The position numbers and the translations under genes were made by a program. Source: Eledone cirrhosa (lineage: Eukaryota). Taken from it: 64,000 nt of DNA. The notes under the pieces are model-generated. The model was given only the letters and a program-made list of their open reading frames with translations. It was not told the DNA's origin and made no database searches. Every line of letters starts with the position of its first letter. Position 1 is the stretch's first letter. The DNA lies in NCBI GenBank assembly GCA_964016885.1, contig OZ024745.1:99324001-99388000 (forward strand). The letters run 5' to 3'. This document shows, piece by piece, positions 48,783 through 60,470 of this stretch.

Positions 48783-48967
48783 GCACAGAGCAACGAATCA
48801 ACCCGAAGTTTCTGGTCCGGCTAGGAAAAACTCCGTCAGAAGCACTCGGAATACTGCAGAAAGTGTACGGAGATGAGTCGATGTCACACTCATGGATTTT
48901 CGAGTGGTACAAAAGGTTCAAAGAGGGATGAGAGGAGGTGGAAGACAATCCCAGGAGCAGAATGCCA
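48782..48967 (+). pseudogene. Mariner (Mos1-type) transposase N-terminal HTH fragment
   Basis: EQRINPKFLVRLGKTPSEALGILQKVYGDESMSHSWIFEWYKRFKEG*EEVEDNPRS. Confidence 0.85.
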
Positions 48968-49369
48968 TATAGTAAATAATTGTTTCTACTTTTGACACAA
49001 GGCCAGCAATTATTCCAGTGTATTACTGGTACTTTATTTTATCGACACCATAAGGATGAAAGGCAAAGTAAACCTCGGCGGGATTTGAACTCAGACCGTA
49101 AAGGGCCGTAAAGCATGGCGTCCGAACCTCTACATAAGGAGAAAAATTATAAAAAGGTATGGATATTCCAACAGGCACTAGGCACCTACAGAAATAACAA
49201 AACGTTGTATCGCGCTGCTATTTTTAGCGGCATGATCAGCAAGTTTATAATAAACCGTTTTTACTTGTGGCCTAATTTTGCGTGTGCATCACTTCAACGG
49301 CTTAACCGCATACGTCGAGCAGTAAGCGAAATATTGACTTACTATGAGGTTTGCACCCTTATGGAAATA

Positions 49370-49449
49370 GCTGTCTGAAGATCTAATTCTTTCCATTGGA
49401 AATTCTCTGGATTTCCAATCTTTTGATTAGTGAAACCGTCGGTAACAGC
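49370..49449 (+). ncRNA. Type I hammerhead ribozyme with extended stem II
   Basis: gctgt-CTGAAGA-tctaat...(ttggaaat/atttccaa)...attagt-GAAAC-cgtcg-GTA-acagc. Confidence 0.78.
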
Positions 49450-49525
49450 AATAGAACAGGTGAATATTTAAATCGTTTTTTAATTTATTTAAAAGATTGT
49501 TTGATAATTGCTTGCTCCGCTCATT

Positions 49526-49556
<31 letters not shown>

Positions 49557-50186
49557 GCATATGTATACACATATATATATATACACACACACGAACATAC
49601 ACACACATACGTACACATATATATACATGCACGCACACATACATATACTATATACACACACACATATACATGTACACTCACACATGTATATATATGGGCA
49701 TACACTTATGCATACACATACATATACACCCACACATATACATATTCATACACACACATATACTCACACATTTTTTCTCCTATATTATTTTCTATATTTG
49801 TTTAGTTGTATTTATAATATTTGAATGTTCTTCTAATTTTATGGTTACATACTATAATTAATTCTTGTCTTTTATTTAATAAAGTGTCCTTCGATTTAGT
49901 AATTTCGAAAATTTCTTGGGAACACAGTCCACACTCCCTTCTATTGCCCTGATAAGAAATAGCTCCCTTAAGAACCTTCCAAGTTAGGTTATATTTAATA
50001 TTCCTCTTTTTATAATTATTAACTGCTTCTGCTAAAGAAGTGGTATTAGCTAATTTTGTGTTTCGGAAACTGTGGGGGTGTGCATAAAATCTCGATTTAA
50101 ACGGATTAGAAATGGATCCAATATATGATTGATTAGAGTCCATAGTGGTGATTACACATTTATATACTATATTATTAATTAAGCAA

Positions 50187-50372
50187 GTGGTGGATTGGCA
50201 GTATCGGTAGAGGGTCAGACGCCATGCTTTCTAGCATAGTTATGTCCCTTTATGATCTGAGTTCAAATCCCGCCGAGGTTAACTTTGCCTTTCATCCTTA
50301 CGGGGCCGATAAAATAAAGTGCCAGTAATGTACTGGATAATTGTTGGCCTTGTGCCAAAAAGTAGAAACAAA
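50187..50372 (+). mobile_element. SINE family 1 inserted in the PLE, 14-bp TSD
   Basis: tattaattaagcaa at 50173-50186 and 50373-50386. Confidence 0.9.
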
Positions 50373-51467
50373 TATTAATTAAGCAATTTCCATTTAAGGG
50401 CAATTATCTTTTATTCTACAATTACAGCTGTTTGCATATAGGGTATCAGATGTGCTATCAATATTCTCAATAATAGTGCTAGTATTTGTGTCTACCTTTT
50501 TATTTGGGAGAGAAGGGTTTACGGTTGGGTGGTTGTGGCCCGAATTGTTGTTAGTTGGTGAAATTATACTGGATATATCGTTTATAGAATCATGGTTGTT
50601 TTGGAAGCTATTGGTTAGAGTGGGTATGTAATTCTTAGTCCCTATTAAGGATGAGGAATATGGTAGTTGGTTGTAGGCTGCTGTATTGTGCTGGTGAGGT
50701 GAGTGAGTGGATGTAGCAGGTGGGTATGCAGTAATATTCTGGTTACGCGTTGTATTATTACCATAGTTATCTTGTGTGTGGTGTGCTATTGCGTGTGGTA
50801 TAGATGGAGCCTTTTTACATTTATAGATGTTATATGCACTTATTTTTTGTTGTATATTGCTCGATGTGGAGTAAGAAAATTTTACTGTATTTCTGTTTAA
50901 GATTTGATGGTATTTGTGGTTAGGTGGGAAATGCTTATCAAGAATTGTAAATTTTTTTAGAGGGATTTGGCCCATAGTTTGCAAGTTGAATGGAGCGCTA
51001 TACCATGTTACATTTCTTTTATGGTTTCTAAAATGTTTCCTCTTATTATATTGGGTATGTATAGAAGTTTGAGGGTAGATATTGTTATCAGATGAAATTA
51101 TAATATTGTGATTGTTGTTATGGGTGTGAACTAATTGTTTAGTAGATTTTTGAATTGTATTAGTTTTTGATTTATTGCTTTTTGATGATTTGTAGAGGAT
51201 ATTGTGAGTTTTATTAATGGAGCATTATTGATAGAACCTGGAATTTCGGTATCATTCTTGTTATATACGGTAGTTCGGATATGTTTCCCTGGTTTTTTGG
51301 ATTGCAAGGATGTAGTTTGGTTATGTTGAAGGTTCAATGAGATAGGTAATATATCATTAGATTTATTGTGAGAATTAAGATATAAGGTGTTATTATTAAC
51401 TGCTTTTTTAAGAGTAGTGGGGTTGGGTGTTTTCGTATGGTTTGTAGTAATATTATTAGGTAAGTTA

Positions 51468-51594
51468 CGGCCCTTGCCATTCTGAGTTCAAATCCCACCG
51501 AGGTTAAATTTGCCTTTCATCCTTACGGGGTCGATAAAATAAAGTACCAGTAATCTACTGGGTATTTGCTGGCCTTGTGCAAATAGTAGAAACA
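51468..51594 (+). mobile_element. 5'-truncated SINE family 1 inserted in the PLE, 16-bp TSD
   Basis: attattaggtaagtta at 51452-51467 and 51595-51610. Confidence 0.85.
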
Positions 51595-52565
51595 ATTATT
51601 AGGTAAGTTATAGAAATATCCGGAATTGGTAGGATTGATGATTTTTAGAGAATTTGTGTCATTCGTGTTAATGTGGATATTGGGAGTAATGGTAGGATCT
51701 AGGTTTTTCGGTGTTTCATTGCTGGCACTAACTTTTTTGTGTTTTCTACGGTGTTTGTTGCTTATGCTTGGCTGTATGCTAGGGGTATTCATGGTGTTAG
51801 GTATGTAAAATATTTTATCTTTGTAGCCACTTTTAGTGAAGCCTCGTTATAATAAGGTTCATTTTTATAGAATATTTCTTCATTAGATGATAATTTAGAT
51901 AATCTGAGTGAGATATTGTACACTAGTTTTTTTAGTATGGAACTAGGGTGGTTAGATAGTGAGTGTATATAATGGAGGTTTTGGTTTGGTTTGTGGTAGG
52001 GCTGGTAAGTGCCTGTTGATAGGTCTAAGGTGATGTCGAGGAAATTGACCATTTTAGTGCTATTTTCAAAAGTAACTGTAAGATTATAGTAATTTTTTAG
52101 GAATTTCCTAATATGCTTTTTATTTCTCTCAATTGCTGAGAGACTAAGATTGTTAGATAGAAGAAGACAGTCATCGCGATATAGACCACCTTTGAGGTGG
52201 GGAAAAGAGGAATTTAAATTATATAGGAGGAAGAGGCCCACAAGGTCCGTAACTGGGTTCAACTTTACAAGTTTACACCATCTTTTGTTTTATATTTCAG
52301 ATGTTGCTGGGCTGTAGCTAACAGTGACTTTCTAAGTGCTTATGGTTGCCAAGCTCTGGTTGTTCAATATCCTTTGAAATGCTTTTCTTAATTTATTATT
52401 TTTTTCTTTTATTCTTATGTTTGTTCCACTCATTGGACTGTGGCCAATCTGGGGCACTATTCTCAAGGTTTTAATCAATCACATCAACCTCAGTACATAT
52501 ATATAAGCCTGGTACTTATTTTATCGGTAAAAGAATAAATAGACTTCCTTACTTTCACCCAGTGT

Positions 52566-52624
<59 letters not shown>

Positions 52625-52628
<4 letters not shown>

Positions 52629-53612
52629 TTTTATACATAATTCCGTTAATTTAATTTAAACCTTATCAATTAAAACTACCTGTTTATTTACATAAAATCA
52701 ACATCCCTAGTAACTTATATTATGAACAACCACCTATTATTTATTTATTTATAAATCAACATCCCCCGTAAGTCATATTATAAACAAACTATCCTTTTAA
52801 TAAAAAATACATATGCTATTATTAAAATATATATATATATTTATATATTATTATAATAAGATAAATAATTCTCCATATGAATATAGATAAATGTCTTAAT
52901 ATATTTCCCCTAAATTAACGTTTAAGTGGTCTTCCTTTTCCTTCTTCTTACCTTCCTTCTTCTTTAACAATTTTTGTTTGATAATTTATATAGCTTCGTT
53001 AAATTAATATTCTGAAAACATTCTCAATGTTGAAAATTTTTGAATCCACAAATTATTCTAATCTCACAACTTAATATTTCAACATCCTTCGTAACTCATA
53101 TTTGTTATATAAAAAATCAATACATACGCAACTTATTAATATATATATAGATATTTATATACATATAACATTTCCTAATGTAAAAATACTTACAACCATA
53201 AGTCTTATTATATAATTTATATACAATATTATAACTCATAATATAGGTAATAATTTTTTCCCCCAAAATTAACGTTATTCCTCTCTCTCTTTCTTTCTCT
53301 TCCTTCTTTATCATAATTATTTAAATTTTCCATAGCATCTAAAATAACGTCTTTTCAGCCCTTTAATATAAACATAATTTGCATACTCATATTAATAATT
53401 TTAAATATCTGACTTTTCTCCTCTCCTCCCTTCACTTTCCAGGAATAACTTGAACCGTTAAGGTATATTATCCTTGGTCATGTCAAATATTTATAAAACA
53501 TTTTGTATTTTATCTGATGATAGCGTACCAAAAGTTTTGGTACCCTTGAAATATATATAATAGAATAAATATGGTTTTATAAATATAGTTTCCATTTATT
53601 TAATATCATTGT
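52625..53612 (+). mobile_element. PLE pLTR with hammerhead at 53506-53567
   Basis: tattttat-CTGATGA-tagc gtacca aaagttt tggtac cctt-GAAA-tatata-TA-atagaata. Confidence 0.75.
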
Positions 53613-54001
53613 ATATATATATATTTGACCGGTGTATCACGTGATAGAGTCTCCTTCCGCCTTTCTGAGATTTTCTCGCATGCTACGGACGTATGTAGTT
53701 AGGGCTCTTCCCTGAGGTGCTCTTTTGATAAGCTGGCTTACCTCACAACAATGTTACATATCTATGATATAACATTTTTGCATAGTGGCCAGCGAAACTG
53801 CACAGTCGGGACTAAAGAAAAAATAGGTATATTGTATCTATTATTCCTTTTTATAATATATATATATATATAGTAAGGTGCTTTATTGGTTGTGTAAAAT
53901 GGTCCAATAACTTTATGTTAGCAATATTAAGTTCTCCATGCTTTTGTATATCTCCAATTCCATTCGAGGGAACAGCTAGATGATGTAAAACGGAGTATAA
54001 G

Positions 54002-54347
54002 TATCAAAATGAAAATCCGAAGGCAAGGTAAAATTCCAATCATTTAATCACGACACATGTTTCAATAAGAGATAGATATATTGTGAAGCCATGATCGATT
54101 GTCACTGATCTCATCAGGTGAAAATGAATTGTCTTCAAATTCTTGATATGAGGGAGAAAAAAAAATAACGATGTTCTCTCACAGAATTCATTCCCTCATA
54201 TTCCCTATCAAGAATTTGAAGACAATTCATTTTCACCTGATGAGATCAATGATAATCGATCATGGCTTCACAATCGATCTATCTCTTATTGAAACATGTG
54301 TCGTGATTAAATGATTGGAATTTTACCTTGCCTTCGGATTTTCATTT

Positions 54348-54352
<5 letters not shown>
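54002..54352. repeat. Fold-back inverted repeat with a hammerhead in each arm (54048-54121 -, 54233-54306 +)
   Basis: tcac-CTGATGA-gat...-GAAAC-atgt-GTC-gtga; the arms are reverse complements. Confidence 0.8.
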
Positions 54353-54384
<32 letters not shown>

Positions 54385-54389
<5 letters not shown>

Positions 54390-55115
54390 AAAGTATATAT
54401 TGAGTTAGAAACTCAAAGTAATCTCTTACAATTAAATAGCTCAAGGAAAAAAAGATTTTCCGGGCCGTGTAATATTCAATATAATAAAGAGAGATGAACA
54501 CAGATATATACATATATGTGTTCAAATCGTAAGGGACCAGATTCGTTAGGGTGAATAAGATACTAACTAAGAACAATACGGTTTGGCAGACTCAATTTAA
54601 AAGAATAAATTAAGAAAAGGTACAAACCGAAATTGTGACAACTATCAGTTGTACATTGAGACAGCTTTTGGCAAAACTGTTTCGCAATTAAGTGAAGGGA
54701 ATTACCAATTCTATTGCTCGTCAGTGGATGTGCGAATTAGTAAAACCTTTCACTTCTAGGTTTCTTAGAAGACTAAATGAGGCGCGTGTTTAGAATAACG
54801 CACATGACATTCAGTGCCTAGCGTGTCTCGTAAAACGTATGCAACTAAAAATAGCAGCAAGGTTCACTTGACATTTAAAAAAGCTCTACAAATTCAAGGA
54901 GCCGAATTTATCAAAAGTATATATTGAGTTAGAAACTCAAAATGATCTCTTACAATTAAATAGCTCAAGGAAAAATAAATTTTCCGGGTCTTGTAATATA
55001 ATTCAATATAATAAAGAGAGTTAAACACAGATATATACATATAGGTTTCTTAGAAATCCCTTACGATTTGAACACATATATGTATATATGTGTTTATCTC
55101 TCTTTATTATATTGA
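54385..55115 (-). mobile_element. Partial-tandem pLTR-like element with hammerhead-like motif (~54653-54731) and a terminal inversion
   Basis: Direct repeat 54385-54515 / 54910-55042; inverted 55058-55105; reverse complement CTGACGA-gcaat...attgc-GAAAC-agtttt gcc aaaagct-GTC. Confidence 0.65.
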
Positions 55116-55659
55116 ATTATATATATATATATATATTCATTAAAAACAACAAATGGCCAGACTGGACTGGAAATCTTCTTTAGAATTTCATCCGATCATG
55201 GTGCAAGGCTTCGCGGTGTTAATTGCAGAATTAGTTCCAAAAGACAACATCATTACAGGAAACAAAAACATAGAATAGAAGATAGAAAATAGAGGACCGA
55301 TTCAATTCGGGCGATAGCCTATTAATTCAGTGTTATAGCAACGGCAGATGATCCCCGAATTTAATCAGTCCTCCATTTTATATTGTTTATTTTCTGTTTG
55401 TGTTCGCCCTAATCTTGTTGTCTTATGAAGCTAATTCTGCAATTAACGCCTGATGAAATCGCCTAAGCCTTGTATTATGATCGGATGATAAAGCTGGGAC
55501 ATCGAAATAGTTTTTTTAATGAATACTTAACTCCGTTTATGCACCAGCCACGGGATACTACTCCAACGATGGCTGATTTGCATAATGTTGAGTGCTTTAA
55601 TTTATTGCATTATCATTTATTAAACGGAAACACCAATTCTAATCATTTGTAAATAACCT

Positions 55660-55706
55660 GACATACATACGTACATACACACACACACACTCACTCACAC
55701 ACACAT

Positions 55707-55747
<41 letters not shown>

Positions 55748-56187
55748 TACACACACACAGACACACACACACACAGACACACACACACACATATATATAT
55801 AAGCATATAAAGAGAGAAAGAGAGAATAAATAAGAGAGAGAGTGAGAGAGAGAGTGAGTGTGTGTGTGTGAGAGAGAGAGAAAGAGAGAGACTGTGTGTG
55901 TATGTGAGAGAGAGAGAGAGAGAGTGTGTGTGAGAGAGAGAGTGTGTGTGTGTGAGAGAGAGAGAGTGTGTGTGTGAGAGAGAGAGAGAGTGAGTGTGTG
56001 AGAGAGAGAGAGTGAGTGTGAGAGAGAGAGAGTGTGTGAGAGAGAGAGTGAGAGAGACAGTGAGAGAGAGAGAGGGAGTGTGTGTGTGAGAGAGAGAGAT
56101 TGTGTGAGAGAGAGAGAGAGTGTGAGAGAGAGTGAGAGAGAGAGAGAGAGTGTGTATGAGAGAGAGAGAGAGTGAGAGAGAGAGGGA

Positions 56188-56240
<53 letters not shown>

Positions 56241-56260
56241 TGTGTGTGAGAGAGAGAGGT
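55660..56260. repeat. (CA)n and (GA/GT)n compound microsatellite
   Basis: Direct reading. Confidence 0.95.
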
Positions 56261-56739
56261 TAAGAGAATTAAACAATGATGGAATGAGAGAGAGAAAGGG
56301 GAAAAAAAGATGTTTAGAGGGAGAAATAGTTAGAGTTGGATGAAGAGATAGAGAACTTTAAATAGGAGAAAGAGAAGGTGTATTTGTTAGTGCTGTGTAA
56401 CATAGAAAGGATGGGAGGAGAAAATGTTGAGTCGTCAGTACATATGTTTAAAATATTTGTTTCTACTTTAAGCAAAAGACCAGCAATTTTAGGGGAGGGG
56501 AAAGTCGATTAAATCGATCACAGTGCATTACAGGTGCTTTATTTTATCGACCCCGTAATGATGAGATGCAAAGCTAACTTCGGCGGGAGTTGAACTCTGA
56601 ACGTAAAGGGCCATAACTCTATGCTGCAAAGCATGGTGTCCCACGTTCTAGCGATACTGCCAATCCACCTAAAAATATTGATAGTTGCAAATAGACCCTC
56701 ATCGATTCAGACGAAATGTGTACCAGCTGTTTTATCAAC

Positions 56740-57064
56740 GTGATAGTCTGACTAACCCAGGTTCTGCTGCACGTCGGGCTGAGAGGCCAAACTCTCTAAG
56801 TACCGGGCGCTCTCCAACAGGTTTGCGGTCGTGCTCTTGGCAGTGGAGACTTCTGGTGTCCATGGCCCTAGGGCTGCCTCCCTACTCACCACCATAGGCG
56901 CTGAGCTGGCCAGCCGTAGGTGTGGGCCTCGCGAGTTGGAATGGCTCTTCCAGCGCATCGCCCTTACCATCCTCCGGGGAAACGCCTTCTCCATTCTGTC
57001 CGCCGGGGCTGTGGGGAGGCCAGCACGTGGGACCCCATTTGCTCACCATACAGAGAGATGGGGG
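56740..57064 (+). mobile_element. CRE-clade 3' fragment
   Basis: PGSAARRAE...KYRALSNRFAVVLLAVETSG...WLFQRIALTILRGNAFSIL. Confidence 0.82.
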
Positions 57065-57124
57065 CGATGAGAAACTAACTATTGCATAGGAATTTATTAT
57101 GAGAGTTCATGTGGTTATAATAAT

Positions 57125-57310
57125 TGTTTCTACGTTAGGCACAAGGCCAGCAATTACCCAGTGCGTGACTGGTACTTTATTTTATCGACCCCGTAAGGAT
57201 GAAAGGCAAAGTTAACCTCGGCGGGATTTGAACTCAGAATGGCAAGGGCCGTAACTCTATACGTCAAAGCATGGCGTCCGACCCTCTCCCAATACTGCCA
57301 ATCCACCGCC
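57125..57310 (-). mobile_element. SINE family 1 with 16-bp TSD
   Basis: atgtggttataataat at 57109-57124 and 57311-57326. Confidence 0.9.
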
Positions 57311-57981
57311 ATGTGGTTATAATAATAAATTATAAGTAGTAAGATATCTACAATGCCCTCATCTACTACATGTGTCATGTGTATGAAATTAACGTGCTAA
57401 TTGCTGAGTATACCACGAACATGTGTATTGTTAATGTAAGTCTCAGGGAGATCCAGTGTCACACAGTGTGCGTGATAATTCTGAATTACAGGTACAACCA
57501 AGGGCTTTTGTTTCAGGGTGGTACCAGGGGACAAGCCCCCCCCCCACACTTTTTTAGGAAAGGGGGACAAACCATCTTTTGTCTCCCCTACTTTTCCCCA
57601 ATTTATTCAAACGTCTGTTTTCTTTTTTGTTTATTTGACATAATAAATTCTTTTTAAGCTTATTTTTTTATATCTGAACTTCATTTGAATATATAAAATT
57701 TAATTAGCGTAACATTTTACTTATGTGATAGGGTCCGGGAAATGCACCATAAGCAATACTAATATACTCCTTTAAGAATCAACAAATGTTGGTTTGTCCC
57801 CCTCACATTTTAAAGGTAAACGAAGGGTACAACCCGTTTTTGCCAGTTGAATTGACTTGACCAATGAAAAATAAAGTGTCTTAAAGCGCCGCCAGGAATT
57901 GAAATCACGACCTTGTGATCATGAACTGATCACCTTATATACTAAGACACCTACCTTCACAGATAAAAGTAAGCAAAAAGT

Positions 57982-59115
57982 GTGTCTGTTTGTGAGGAAG
58001 AAAGAGAGGGTGTGTGTGAGAGAGTGTATGAGAGAGTGTGTGTGTGAGAGAGTGTATGAGAGAGTGTGTCTGTGTGTGAGGAAGAAAGAGAGGGTGTGTG
58101 TGAGAGAGTGTATGAGAGAGTGTGTTTGTGTGTGAGGAAGAAAGAGAGGGTGTGTGTGAGAGAGTGTATGAGAGTGTGTCTGTGTGTGAGGACGAAAGAG
58201 AGGGTGTGTGTGAGAGAGTGTATGAGAGAGAGTGTTTGTGTGTGAGGAAGAAAGAGAGGGTGTGTGTGAGAGAATGTATGAGAGAGTGTGTTTGTGTGTG
58301 AGGAAGAAAGAGAGGGTGTGTGTGAGAGAGTGTATGAGAGAGTGTGTCTGTGTGTGAGGAAGAAAGAGAGGGTGTGTGTGAGAGAGTGTATGAGAGAGTG
58401 TGTTTGTGTGTGAGGAAGAAAGAGAGGGCGTGTGTGAGAGAGTGTATGAGAGAGTGTGTCTGTGTGTGAGGAAGAAAGAGAGGGTGTGTGTGAGAGAGTG
58501 TATGAGAGAGTGTGTCTGTGTGTGAGGAAGAAAGAGAGGGTGTGTGTGAGAGAGTGTATGAGAGAGTGTGTCTGTGTGTGAGGAAGAAAGAGAGGGTGTG
58601 TGTGAGAGAGTGTATGAGAGAGTGTGTCTGTGTGTGAGGAAGAAAGAGAGGGTGTGTGTGAGAGAGTGTATGAGAGAGTGTGTCTGTGTGTGAGGAAGAA
58701 AGAGAGGGTGTGTGTGAGAGAATGTATGAGAGAGTGTGTTTGTGTGTGAGGAAGAAAGAGAGGGTGTGTGTGAGAGAGTGTATGAGAGAGTGTGTCTGTG
58801 TGTGAGGAAGAAAGAGAGGGTGTGTGTGTGAGAGTGTATGAGAGAGTGTGTCTGTGTGTGAGGAAGAAAGAGAGGGTGTGTGTGAGAGAGTGTATGAGAG
58901 AGTGTGTCTGTGTGTGAGGAAGAAAGAGAGGGTGTGTGTGAGAGAGTGTATGAGAGAGTGTGTCTGTGTGTGAGGAAGAAAGAGAGGGTGTGTGTGAGAG
59001 AGTGTATGAGAGAGTGTGTCTGTGTGTGAGGAAGAAAGAGAGGGTGTGTGTGAGAGAGTGTATGAGAGAGTGTGTCTGTGTGTGAGGAAGAAAGAGAGGG
59101 TGTGTGTGAGAGAGT
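57982..59115. repeat. 56-bp minisatellite, about 20 copies
   Basis: Unit gaggaagaaagagagggtgtgtgtgagagagtgtatgagagagtgtgtctgtgtgt; successive starts at 58468 and 58524. Confidence 0.95.
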
Positions 59116-59552
59116 TTGAGAGAGAGTGTGTGTGTGAGAAAGAGAGAAATAAATAAAAAGAGAAAGAAAGGCAGAAGTGGGAAGGTACACAGAGAGAGAG
59201 AGAGAGAGAGGGGGGGGGGAGAGAGGGGGAGAGAGGGAGGGGGGATTGAGTGAAAAAGCGAGAGAGGAAAGAGAAATTGCATATATAAAAACAAATATGA
59301 GCTATCTGCAGGTGTGTGTGTATGTGAATGTGTGTGTGAGTGTGTATGTGTATGTGAATGTGTGTGTGTATGAACGTGCGTCTGTATAAATATATAACAC
59401 ACACACACGCGCGCACGTTCATACACACACACATACATACACACGCACACACACATACATATATATACGAGTGTGTGTGTGTGTGTGTGTGTGAGTGTGT
59501 GTGTGTGAGTGTGTGTGTGGGTGTGGGTGTGAGTGTGTGTGAGTGTGTGTGT

Positions 59553-59601
<49 letters not shown>

Positions 59602-59637
59602 TGTGTGTGTGTCTGTGTGTGAGTGTGTGTGTGGGTG

Positions 59638-59705
<68 letters not shown>

Positions 59706-59805
59706 TGTGTGAGTGTGTGTGTGTAAGAGACCGAAGAGGCTAGAATCGATAGATAGATGGCGAAACAGATAACAAATGCACGAAAGCTGGAAATAATGAC
59801 GAAAT

Positions 59806-59836
<31 letters not shown>

Positions 59837-59866
59837 TGAGTGAGAGAACAATAGATAGATTGAGAA

Positions 59867-59902
<36 letters not shown>

Positions 59903-59973
59903 TGAGAGAACAATAGATAGATTGAGAAAGAGAGAGAGAGAGAGAGAGAGAATGAGAGAACAATAGATAGATT

Positions 59974-60021
<48 letters not shown>

Positions 60022-60470
60022 GATATATATATATATATATCTAGAGAGAGTATATATATATATATAGAGAGAGAGAGGTTGGGCAACTGTTAATGGGTAC
60101 TGAATGTTAATATAGCAGTGTTGTAGTAGTCGCTGTGACAAGCTGAAGATATGTGAGCAACTCTGAAAAACTCTACTGCTTAAGTTGACCACAAGCACTG
60201 AGTATGGGATTTCGAAACTGACCACATTGCCAGGAATTTCCAGAGATTTAAGAAACTTCCACCAGAGATTAAAGAAAAGTGAATCAATGAGTCAGAAATA
60301 ACCAAGAATAGTAGTAAAAAAGAAGTAATACAGGTAAAATTCCGTTATAACGAATACCATTATAACGAAATTTTTCTCAATCCCCGGCCAGGCGCTCTCG
60401 TTATAAAGAATTTTTCGTTACAACGAATTTTTTTATACCCCCTGAATTTCTTTATAATACAATTTCACTG

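Larger units (their letters stand above)
49802..52255 (-). mobile_element. Penelope-like element (YRDD-type RT, linker, GIY-YIG) interrupted by two SINEs
   Basis: GLYRDDCL, VNFLDITLDL, YHKPN...SNHP (51789-52262); LDKHFP...TVKFSYST...CNCRIKDNCP; SYIGSISNPFKSR...CGLCSQE...LLNKRQEL. Confidence 0.88.

Noticed and set aside
55175-55490. Diverged inverted repeat containing CTGATGA at ~55450
   Set aside because: The arms are real but degraded, and no matching GAAA/stem III was found, so no ribozyme is called
57491-57834. DNA transposon remnant between ggtacaacc direct repeats
   Set aside because: Possible 9-bp TSD but the TIRs are too degraded to support a call
57982-59115. CRISPR-like regular array
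   Set aside because: No unique spacers, no cas genes, eukaryotic context
57919-60086. 423-709 aa H/T/L/S-rich ORFs
   Set aside because: Read-through of the 56-bp minisatellite and (GT)/(GA) repeats
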